Shown: positions 48,846-60,900 of the stretch, one piece after another | How positions within the stretch are numbered: the first letter of the stretch is position 1 | Layout of the letters: each line of letters opens with the position of its first letter | DNA from: Perkinsus chesapeaki ATCC PRA-425 | Taxonomy: Eukaryota; Protista; Perkinsozoa | Direction: 5' to 3' | DNA length: 64,000 nt | NCBI GenBank assembly: GCA_013115145.1 | Contig: JAAPAO010000079.1 | Span: 1-64,000, forward strand | The notes under the pieces: generated by a model | Told to the model about the DNA's origin: nothing | Databases searched by the model: none | Seen by the model: the letters and a program-made list of their open reading frames with translations, nothing else | Translations under genes and position numbers: made by a program

Positions 48846-50443
48846 TATGGATCCTCGAGGGACACACTTCTACCGGCCAAGATGGCCCTTTGCCTAATGG
48901 TTACGCTTCTTGTTCATGTATCGAGAGGTATCGGGTTCTATTCCCTCACTCGTCGTTTTACAGGCTCAAAAAGCGCATCCTTATCCTATGTTGTATCGGA
49001 AATGCAAGGATGGCGAGACACTATGGAGGACGCTTGCATTTGCCTTCTAGAAATGGAGCCACCGCTGGCCGACACAAGTCTCTTCGCCGTTTTTGATGGT
49101 AATGTGGGCGGTGCCCTATCAGATTAGCCGGTAGTGTCTGTGTTAGGTCACGGAGGCTCTATGGTGGCGAAATTATGTGCTCAGAGCTTCCCGCTGGAGA
49201 TTTGCCGACACGCTAAAAACGAACTTATCAGGATTAAAAGGCAAAGTGAGGAGCCCGAGGGACAGCAGCAGGAAGCGACGGCGGAGGAGGAGGAGGAAGG
49301 GAAAAAGAAACATCGACATCATCATAGTCATAGTAAACTCAATATTTTACGTAACCATCGGAAAGAGGAGCAGCAAAACTCTGCAACAGACGAAAAGGGA
49401 GGAAGCGATTCAATTGAGGATGATGAATCTGATGACGACGAGTTTGATGAGGATATCGAACCAACACCAGAGTTGATGGAAAAGTTGGACTTCGGCAAAG
49501 TGCTTACTACAACTTACATGGAGATGGATGCACTTTTGGAGTCGACAGGGAAGCTCACTCCACCCAAGGACGGGTCTATTGAGAATGCCCTTAAGCACTT
49601 GCCGATTGGTAATCCAGCGATGGCCATGAGTGGCATTGAAAGAAGAAACATGTTTGATTTTACTGGAAGTACTGCAGTTGTTGCAGTCGTTAGGAATGGT
49701 GTTATTACTGTCGCCAATTGTGGTGATTCAAGAGCGGTTCTTTGTCGAAGTGGAAGAGCTGTGGAGCTCAGTCATGATCATAAACCTGAGAGCCCCAGCG
49801 AAAGACGGAGAATTGAGAATGCTGGAGGTACTAAGGGAACCGGGTTTTCGGGTTTTCGGGTTTCGGGTTTTCCATCTATTTGTAGGTAAAGTGATGTCTA
49901 TGGGACCTTGCCATCGTATCGATTGGGGTTTGAATCTCTCTCGAGCACTTGGTGATTTTGTTTATAAAAGAGCCGAAAGTTTGCCTGCCGAGGAGCAAAA
50001 GGTTTCACCGATGCCCGACATAGTGACCGAGGAAATCACCGACGATGACGAGTTTATGGTACCGATTTTGTGGCGCGTGAAAAAACATTTCGTTCCCTCA
50101 GGTGCTGGCATGTGATGGCGTTTTCGAACTTCTCTCATCTCAAGATGTGGTTGACTTCATCAGCAGACGATTACACAACGGCGAGAAGCTTCATACGATT
50201 GTCGAGGCCCTCCTGGATGAGTGTTGCTCGAGGAATCCCCGACTAACTCAAGGCCGCGGTACGGATAACGAAACCTGTATTATTGTTAGTCTTAATGGTA
50301 TGGGAACTTCTAGTACAGTGGGACACAGTAATGTCACGGCTGATGTCCATTTCGCTCGTCCAAAATCAGCTGGTAAAAAGGCTAATGGCGAGGAGGCCAA
50401 ACGAGATGATGGTGATAGTCCTGTTGTTGATGATTCCGCTTAG
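48846..50443 (+). CDS. Protein phosphatase 2C (PPM family) with acidic insertion; 5' end approximate
   Basis: SEMQGWRDTMEDA; FAVFDG|HGG; GSTAVV; ANCGDSRAVL; LSHDHKP; LNLSRALGD; LACDGVFE; GRGTDNETCI. Confidence 0.94.
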
Positions 50444-50773
50444 TTCTGTACTATATAGTGGTTATCTCATTGTTGATAATTACTTTTCTCATTCTCATCA
50501 TTATTGTGTTGGTACATGAGCCAGTGGTTGGTTACTAGGATTATTAATATAGTATTACGCAATAAATAGCGTACCACAATCATCTAAATAAACAATCTAC
50601 CTCGCACAATACACCAGCGAAAAATCGGACAGGACCTCCGAATCAATGAACGGAGGTTGGTTCAATCTTTTGTAAGCTTCTTAATAATGGTTATCAATAT
50701 TTCGTTGCTTTCACTGTCTTGATGATTAAGTCGTAACTGTTGTTTTAGTAACTCAACAATCACTATAAATAGC

Positions 50774-52404
50774 TCAATTATATCGAAGTTCTTCGGGGCA
50801 ATCAACTTGTCTGTGAGGATCGGCGGCTTTGACTGCAGGAAGCTTTATTAGTTCCGAATACCTGTCAACGGGGAACGCGAAGATCGATGGAGGAATTAAT
50901 GCCATGGGAGCTGCTTAATAGGTGATTGTGATACGTACAACGGAACGATGACAATAATATCATATATTCGAGGTTGAATGGAGAATTAGGGAACATACGT
51001 CAGCGGTAGCAACTACTTGTACAAAATAGTGGTAAATAATAATATAAAATAATAAACGAAAATATACACAAGTATGCACTTCCTACATTGCCAATTTCAC
51101 ATCGGAACTTACACGCTAAAAACTTTTGGGAATTCCTTGTCGATCGGCAGTTCGAAGCGAAGGGCATTGTAGACTTGCGGCACCAGACACACATCGGCGA
51201 TCGACAAGCATTTGCCAACACAGTTGATGCTGTTGTCCATCGGCAGGAGATCTTCAACTGTCGACAGACCACGCTGAAAAGGGGCACTGTTAATACATAG
51301 TCAGTGGAGACCCTATAGTAGTTGTTGCAGTTGATAATGTTCCACTTCGTAGGTTTTATTTTCCATTATTAACTTGGCGATTCGAATTCCGAATAGATAA
51401 CCCACTGGTCCTTCAAAGTTATCGCCTTACTCTTATAAAATGGGCAACCCATTCATTTTTAATATCTTTTCCAGCAACTTCGTTCGCGTACTGAAACACG
51501 CTAAGATTCTGTAATGGGTGTGTGTCACAAGCAATCGTCAAAGCTATCGACAACGCCGCGGCTCTTTCCGCCTGAGAAAAAATACAATTTTCCGACTTGT
51601 TAATTTTACTGTATCCTCGGGAATTATTTTGGGTGTCGTCGGATAAGCGTTGTCGAGATAATCTAGGATGGCCAGGCTTTGGCTGATCTTCAGCCCGTCT
51701 GGGGTGACGAGGGTCGGGACCAACATGGAAGGGTTTATTCCCTTATATCTGATAGATGATAATAGACATTTCTATAGTAAATCCAATGGCAGAACGACAA
51801 TAATTGCTGAACCACTTATAGGAATAAAGCTGCTCATATGAATCATATCGTAATAATACTGAATAACAATATTAGTCTTATCGTCACCAGCGCAAGGGAC
51901 ACCATCGACCATCGCGCAATCATTTCAATCCATAACTACCACATAGCTGTCGTAAAGTGAACGTCAATGCTGCGTTAGATAACAGGACTTACGAAAGTTA
52001 GCTTGTATGTGAGTTTATAGTCCAACGCCGAAGAAGAAGGCTTGATCAGACTATCCGTTCGACGTGCAGCTTTTGAACAAAAGTTTGATAACTATACTGT
52101 CGAGAGTAGGTAAGTTGGAAAAACGATTATGGCATATTATATAACAGTAAATTAATACTTATTAATACCAGTCATGGTGCTTAAGCAATCATATGTCTAC
52201 TTAATATTAATGGTGTAATGATATTAATAGTTCTGAACATCTTAATATATGTACTTTTGGCGACGGTTCTTACTCGTCACCTTGATGCTCTTTCTTCAAC
52301 AAGTTAACAGGTACAGTTTCGTATTTGATATCTTTATGGGCCAATGCTATTCTGACTCGATAGGCCGCGCTACTGCGGAAGTAACTGTATAATGTAAGGG
52401 ACAT
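50774..52404 (-). CDS. Glutathione S-transferase zeta / maleylacetoacetate isomerase, copy B
   Basis: [24 protein letters not shown]; [10 protein letters not shown]; [10 protein letters not shown]; CDTHPLQNL; [14 protein letters not shown]; [10 protein letters not shown]. Confidence 0.93.
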
Positions 52405-52635
52405 TACACAAACTGATAACGATCTTCAGATTTTATTAAACTGGAAATGCAATGGGAATCATTACTTCATTGAAACAAAGATGCCATAATCGATCAGCTG
52501 ATCGATTTGAACTGGCTAGCTATCAACTCACTATTAACGTACCGAAACTGTAGCATGTATCACATTAAAAAATATATGTCATAGAAGAACGGCAATGTGT
52601 GCCACATCATCGACTGCCAATCAAATGCCATCTCT

Positions 52636-54112
52636 TCAAGGATAATCGATTTGGCTTTCAGGTGCTGCTGCAACGAACGCTTCTTGGCCCATCAAATTCG
52701 TGTAACTGACGGAGACACTTCGCTTTCCGAGAACTCCGACATTTCTAAAAAATGCGTTCCCCACCAAATATAACTTGCAGAAAATAAGAAAAAAATCGGA
52801 AAAATATAATATATCCCGTTTTGCGACGAGTCAGCTTCCGGAAGTCTCCGGTAAGGCAACACCAGCAAGGTTTCGCCTATAACAAACGATTTAGTGACTT
52901 CCACGGGCAGATGCAGTTGGTGATGCGAAGGGCTTTCGCAAATCGCAGATGACACTCCGTTCGCTTCGACAGCTCACATTCGGTGTATCTTAGGGAACTT
53001 ATCCTTCACATCAATTTGGGTTCTTTTAATAGCGTTGTAGACTTGAGGCACCAAACAAACGTCAGCAATGGTGATATCATCACCGATGCAGAATTCATCA
53101 TCCACCCGAAGGAGCCTCTCGACGTCCGTCAATCCTTTCTGAGGAACAAATAATCTCGGCACCATCAACACCAAATGATAATTTTTCTTATCGAAATTCT
53201 CTCATGTATGTAGACTACTGAGGTTGGGCGCCGCCGCGCTTCCCTTTCCATCACAATCCCTAATAGAGGAGTGATACTAATAATACTGAACTTTCAGACT
53301 GCCGCTTATTCTACATAACCAATACGGGAAGTTCATCGCCGTTTACCCTCTCAATTTGATTTGCAAACCCATCGACCCAGTAAGCCATATACATCGAAGA
53401 AGCTATCTAAAAATTTCAACTAGTTACGCCGGTGGTCGGAACAGCTTCAGAACCATATTTGGGCGATCTCGGCCACTACTAGTGGCCCACTAGGGCCACC
53501 GCGGAGCCATTTTCGCCGATTGCTCGAGATTTCCCGAAAGAGCCGTATTCGGTGAATCTATGATGGGACCTGGATAAAATGGGTGCTCCATTCCATTGTG
53601 ACATCTCGACCGGCCAATTCACTGGCGAAATCGATGCAACGCAGATTCTGCAAAGGTTGCGTTCCAGCGATAATCATAAGGGAGATCTGAAGCATTATAA
53701 AACGTCACTCGCCTCGAAATTGTACCGCAATCGCTCGAGCTCTACGAACCTGAAAACAACCTCGGAGAATCTTTGCGGATTTTCTCTCCTACTGGATCCG
53801 TCGGCCACAATATGTATGTCCCAGGAAAAGCATTTTCGAGATAATCAAGGATCGCCAAGCTCTCCGTCAAAACTGAACCGTCGGCGGTCACCAAACTCGG
53901 GACAAGTCCGGAAGGGTTCACTTTCAGGTACCTTTCAGAACATGGGCAATTTCGTGGCGAGTGACGCACTTTTCAGCTTTTTGTTCATGCTTGTCGATAT
54001 TAACTGTACGAAGTGTGTAAGGGATCTTTTTGAGCTCGAGAGCTATACGGACGCGGAAGGCACAACTGCTGCGGTAGAAGGAATAAAGGGTGATACTGTC
54101 GGCGGCGCTCAT
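52636..54112 (-). CDS. Glutathione S-transferase zeta / maleylacetoacetate isomerase, copy A
   Basis: MSAADSITLYSFYRSSCAFRVRIALELK; VNPSGLVPSL; [10 protein letters not shown]; [14 protein letters not shown]; AAPESQIDYP. Confidence 0.93.
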
Positions 54113-54952
54113 TAAAAACGGAAACCTAGACTCATTTGAGGATGCTGGGATGAAGTCCCAGAATAAAGCTGTGATGAATTTGTCAACCATAACTTTCAGA
54201 AATCTCTCTCGCGGTTAGTGGCAACAATCTGGCCGGTAAGGAAATCACTTCGGCGACGACATCCATGATTAACCGCTAAAAAGATTTTTGAAGGTTATAC
54301 AACCCTGGAACCGAAAGTGATACCAATCGATTTCGTTTCAGACATTGCCGTATCTTAACCACTTCAGCGTGTTTCGATCGATTTCCCTCGGATCTATCCA
54401 ACGCACTGTAATTGTTATCTCCCCGATCACATCAGAAATCATACGCGAGCCGAGGGGGCAGGGCTCACTGTATGGCTACACTTGGTTGGATTAATCCAAT
54501 TCTTAATAAATCCTAATTCCTGTCATTTGTCAAGATGAGCCCGGCGAGCACCGAAATCACGACGCCTGCTCTTTAGTAACTAACTCAACTTCGATAGCTG
54601 TGATAGAAACTTTCACGTAAAAAAATCTTCAGTCATTAGGAAAATCATGCTTCGACCTTAGATACACTGGTCGTACTATCTTCATCAAAAAGACCAGACA
54701 GAACCTGAAGGAAGGATTAATGTTAATGCGGAAAATTCCAAGTCATCTACGGATGGTTTGAGCATCGGATTCACGCCCAGGTCGGATAGGAGCGTCCATT
54801 CCGTTTCAGCACCAAGAATGACCTGAACAGCAGCGATTTCCGGTGAAGCATTTCCCAAGTAATAGATATCATCTACAGTATATATATTGTTATTGTAAGT
54901 TATCAATCACATCTTACTATACGATGAACGCAAGACTAGCCCAACGCTTCGA

Positions 54953-57900
54953 TTAAAGCCCCCTGCGGGAGCCTACCACTTGAGGATCGGTTGCGAGAGG
55001 CCTCTCAGCCAGTTCGCCAATCACAACCGCCTCCTCGTCCAGTCCTCTTAACGTCTCCAAAATAACATTTTTGTATTCAGCAGCAACACATAAAACCTGA
55101 TGATCACGATCAGATTCCATTTGCCAGTCGCGGCGCTTACCATCCCAATCCCGACGTTGAAGGTCGTTGCCAACTCCGTCGCCTCGAGCTTACCCTGGGT
55201 TGCGCACCATCTAAAAAATATTATCACAACAACTTGTCAAACGAGACTCTTGCTTTTTTATAACTACTCACAGTAAATACGCTAACTTAGTCTGGAGAGA
55301 GAATAAAGCATGATACTGTCGGGGCTATCAAGACTTATAAAGGTTTGTCCGAAATATTTCCCCTCGTTGCTGGCAGCAAGTGTAATGACCATTCGTAATC
55401 ACGCGAATACCATCTGCGAGCATGGATGTCGCTGGTGGGCCCCAAGATAGTATCTTCGAGCTCAATTGCGAGGGTGACTTTATAGGAACAATAAGACGAA
55501 ATAGCCTTTTCCGGTACTGTAAATACTGGGAGCACAGTGGAGCGTTAGAAAATTCGACGAGTGGCTGAAGGAACTGCATGGCCGCCGTCGTCACGAACGC
55601 GTATCTTCACGACATCGACTGGTATTATGCAAGGAGTAGTGATCGACAACTCTGTCTGATTCTAGGAATAGGGAATGTGTTACCGTTTTTGCCACTCCTA
55701 CCGATCGGGCAAATTTGGACGGAATTTTCAAAGGCGTTTGTTTTTTAATTCCTTGCAAGATTAATTGTCTACTGGCCCCGCATCTTCATAAACCGGTGAT
55801 ATGTTCAAAATCCACACGCGGAGGCTCTTACCTGAACACAGCCGGCAGCTCCCAGCAGTCGGCCTTAATAACAGCTTGAAGGTGACTCGGCAGCATACGA
55901 GGGATATTCTGGAACAGACCACCACCGGTGATGTGCGCAGCCTGAAGATTCAAAGATACGCTTCTACTCAATGACAACCCTACCCCCTTTAGTTTGCCCT
56001 CTCCCAGCTTCACCAACTCCAAAATGGTTTTCACATATATCTTCGTCGGAGTGAGCAAAGATTCCCCCAAGGTCGTCGTGGGATCATACGGCGCCGGATC
56101 GGTCATAGTAAGACCGCTTACCTAAAATATATAACCGACTGAAGCTGACAATTTTTATATCTATATCTACCTCGGCTATCTTTCTCACCAAACTAAAACC
56201 GTTCGAGTGGACACCCGAAGACAGCAGACCGATGAGGACCTGAAAAAAGTCAAAGTCAGGTTCAACATGCGACAAGTTATATAACTATTTTGTCCGCTGG
56301 GTGATATGAAATATGCAACAGTATTGAAAACTAGCCAAAAATACAACTTATCGCACCTGTTAATATAAATTAAACCCGATCCTGATAGTAAAGGAGTAGA
56401 AGTCCTATAGAAGATAAGTATCGACATTAGTTCATGGAATTTTAACCAAACATCTTCTATATCAGTGTGCAATATTTTCCAGTTTTGTATGAATCTTCAA
56501 CGCCAACGAATTTGGAGCTCACTTTTGGACATTTCATGAATATCGTTTGTACTCGGTAAAATAGGATTTTAGATTTTCAATTCTGGAAGATGCTTTTTCA
56601 GTATCGCTGTGTAAATATTTCCGCGAAATAATTTCCCTTCTATACATAATAATTGCCCTACATCACCACACATCATCTCATCTTTATTAGGTAGCTCCAG
56701 AGACTTCTCTTTTACACCAACCACAAAACCAGCTATATCGTATCTGAAAGAAATTAACAAAACCCAATCAAATAGGAAACAACTCACTCGGTCTTGTCCG
56801 CGAAAAGCCCCGGAAGCTCCGCAGTCTCGCCACCCAGCAGAGTGCAGCCAGCTTGGAGCTGCAATAATGAAACAATAATGCGATTTAGGCGTCCGAATGC
56901 CGCCGCCAAGTTGCTTCCCAAATACAATAGGCAAACGTTAATTTCACTGAAAAGGCCATGCTACGTAAAATAGCTTTCCTCTTGACACCCGCAAACGCAC
57001 TGGTAGGGTTTTCGCGATGACTTCAGATATCTAAGAGCGCTGAATGATACTAGCAAAGTTACTATCTCAGTTGGATTGGCCCTCCATCCAACCTGATGCG
57101 CAACAACAGCACTCCACGAATTTCACAATTGCAAAACGACTCTCAACAAATATGAAATCTTTTAACAGATCGCACTCGGTAGAAAATCTTTGATGTATAA
57201 AAAACCGCACTCGTTAAAGAATCTTACGCAGCCATCAGCGATTCCTTTAACAACCTCAACCGCTTGTTTAACATCTAATTTGCCCACCGCGAAGTAATCC
57301 AAGAAAAAGAGCGGTTCCGCACCGTGGACAACCTGACAATTTCTACAATCACTTTACTTTAACCATTTTCCTTACCACATCATTAGCGCACATCGCAACC
57401 AAATCTATGCCGACAGTATCATGCTTTTTAATAATATTAGCAATCTTTAGTTTAGTTCCAACACCGTCTGTGCCAGATACTAATACCTGGTGAATGGTAA
57501 AATATATATCGCCACGAAAAACGGGAAAGATTTCCAGCGGCAAAACCACCTGTCGAAGCTCCGAAAATTCTAGAAAAAAGTGAAAATTCAGAAATGAAAT
57601 TTTAGACCTCCGCAAAGAGAGACCGTTGACAGATATTCCTTACGGGCTCCTTGTAGTTGCCGCATCGTGACAGATCGCAGAATCCTCCAAAGTCACCGAG
57701 GCTGCCACCCATACCGGGACGTTGGGTTCCTGAACGGGGAAAGGATTGAGTAATATTCTATATAGTAATCTATTATTATATATATAGGGTTGTTATATGA
57801 TATAAAGTATAAATAATATATATAATCTGAAATTATATAGAAGAGTATATAAATATATCGTACATTTATATAATCTTCAAAAATGTCATCACAGATCTTC

Positions 57901-60900
57901 TTACTTTTAACAAGTGGCTTGAATCCGTCCACCGCAGCTTCACCAGCCTCAATATCGACACCCGCGGCGAGATACCTACACACATCTCGGCAATCTGGAA
58001 TTCACCATACTTACGTAATGCCGCTTTTAGCGCTCTTCGGAGTGTCACTACCAGACTCCGAAACTGATAGAAAAACCGTAAAATCAAGCCTCTCCACCAG
58101 ATAGATCCCTACATTCCCGACTGCCGTGTCTGGATGCCGTCGAGGCTCCACTAGAGGCAATGTCAGTCCGGTAATGCATATTTTCAAATGATATCGATCG
58201 AACGGCACAGTACCTGATAGGAGATTCTTAATATCATTTTAAGCATGACGGAATCTACTATATATTAATAATATAATATTATCAATAATTAAAATTATAT
58301 ATCATATCATTTTCAATAATAACATTATTATTAAACAATCATCATAATATAACTCCTTACTTCGTGATCATACTGTTCAATAAACGTTTCTAAATTACTG
58401 CTACCTTCATTATTAAAATACGAGCATGCTCAAGAGGTAAAAAAATGACCAAATTTCACAAGTAGTAGATTATTGATACACAGTATGTTATATTAATCAG
58501 ATTTATATATTAAACTAATAGCATTAAATCACTATATTATGGTATATTCTATATATGATCCTTCAGATATAATATATTCATAAAATGATATAATTCATCA
58601 TAATGTCAATAGAGGTATAATAATGTGGTCCGATACCATTTTTGGAACTCCTATACCCATCCAGTAAGAAAATTTCACAGCTGGCGAGAGAAGCCAAGAA
58701 ATATTCAATTTCCCTTACGCCCTCTCTGCAGCATCTTTAACCGTCTCCCCCTCCGCGGTGACAGCCAGTACTCTACCACCAGTAGTAACAGTAACACCAT
58801 CATCATCACGCTGAGCTCCGGCGTAGTATCTGATGGAAAAACCGTAAATTATCCAGGAGCAGGACAATGAGAATTCTCGCGCGCCCGGAATTCCGCAGGC
58901 CAGTTCGTTATTGATATTAATGCATTTTAGTAACTCAATTTCGAGCATGATCGCATAGATTGTCCCTAAAATCCTTCACAGTGCGCAAAGATACCATCAC
59001 CACCTACACCTGGACTCCAGGGACACATTCAGCTCTATTAACACCATAAAGAGGATAACCTTTGTTGAACTTGCCAGGATACCCTCCGCTGGCCAACACC
59101 ACAGTAACCTACGAAATGGCATATAAAACTAATAAAAAAACAGTGTCCGGAATCTTCAACCATGTGACACTGTAAGTGCCATAATAATAATGTCTAGGTA
59201 ATGTCTATGCTACCGTCATATAATTGATGTCCAATAGACACCATCACATCTGATTCAATGATCCAAAAGTATCTATTTCTACCAGTAAATTTAACAGGTA
59301 TTTACAGTGTAGAACTTTATCAGCTATATAAGCTAATATATCAGTCAGAAAATAATCGTCCGAATCTACGACTTCCACTGGCTTCCACGCTGAAGCGACA
59401 ACAGCGTCGGAACAATTCATTCTCCGAAGATGAGCTTTTCTCCAGACAAAGGGCAATCCTTCCATGCGTGGTTAACTGACAATACTTCTCACGCGCCACG
59501 AAATTATCCACGTAATGTGGTCTATTCGCTGTCCGAGGGATGTGTCACATATCGTTAGAGATCTACCACCATCAATTGGCTCACCGAAGATCCTTTAATT
59601 CCAGCAAGCCTCGCGGCCATTTTAGTCGACATTTGCCTCCCAGCCGTGCACGACATAAAGAGGTCGTAACTGCGGACGTTCTCATAGCACAACAGATCGC
59701 TAATGGTTACCAGTCAATCTTCTTGGATACCAACAACGGCATCATCGCTTGAGTCTCGGGATCTCCGAAACGGCAATTATATTCTAAAACTTTCGGGCCT
59801 GAAGAGGAGCAAATACTCGACACTTAAGGAACTGAGAAGATCTGCAAGATTCGGTTTTCCCATTGTCTTTCATTATCATCCAAAATATTCAAGACCACTG
59901 ACAAGTCCTCACTATCGTCCGACTTATTTTACTTACCATTTTATTTTTCCTTTCCGATTATCAAATCCTCAATAACTTATTTACGGGTTTTTTCCCCAAT
60001 TTTCCCGGTCCTATACAGTCACAAGAATAGGAGTATCTTCCTCAAATCGAATCACTTCAAAAATTTTGCATCCGAATGGAGTTCATTTCAATGGATGCCG
60101 TTCCGGTAAAAATCGGCCCGAATTTTCCGGAACTTCCCTCGAAAGGCATACAAACGGAAGCGACTCCCAGAAATGAAATTTTTTCCTAGAAATTTCTTCA
60201 ACGACTTTTCCAGTCTCGGGTTTCCCCTTACCGTTCTCCGTCATCATCAACCCAATATAGAGACATCCCGTGAAGGGCCTTCCATCAATCTTCATTCCCT
60301 CTATTGATGGTACAACAATGGTCTTCTCGATACTATCGAACAAAATATAAGATTCAAAAACAGTTGATATCTTACTTTGCCTTCTCAGTTGCTGTTAATA
60401 AAGTATTGCTCACAAAAGCTCCCATGCCTCCAGTGTTCGGTCCCTCGTCAGCGTTGAATCTGATATATTATGAAATGTTATAATTATGGCATATTATCAA
60501 TAAAGAGTTGCTATAATATTATACAGTCTATTATCTATAATTTATATTACTAATTATATGTTAACTATTGCTATATATGTATAATGATATTTATATTTAT
60601 AATTACTTATTATTAATATTAATAGTATATTCCCGACACGCCAACTCTTTACAGATAATAATACTGCCATTTGGCCCTCTCCAGAGGCCTCCCAAAAACG
60701 TGCTGCTAAGTGATCGGAAAATGAGGACGAAAATATATTCCCGAAAGTAGACGTCAAATCGAGATATTTGATCAACTTCCCCTATGACTTTCCGACCCTA
60801 TCAAATGCAGCTTCACACAATAATTATTAGTACCAAAACAACACTTATCAATAAACAATCATTCTGCGAAATAACAGTGATGCTGAATTATACAACAAAG

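Noticed and set aside
49838-49872. GGGTTTTC x4, telomere-like
   Set aside because: Short, intronic and not a match to TTTAGGG-type repeats; simple microsatellite
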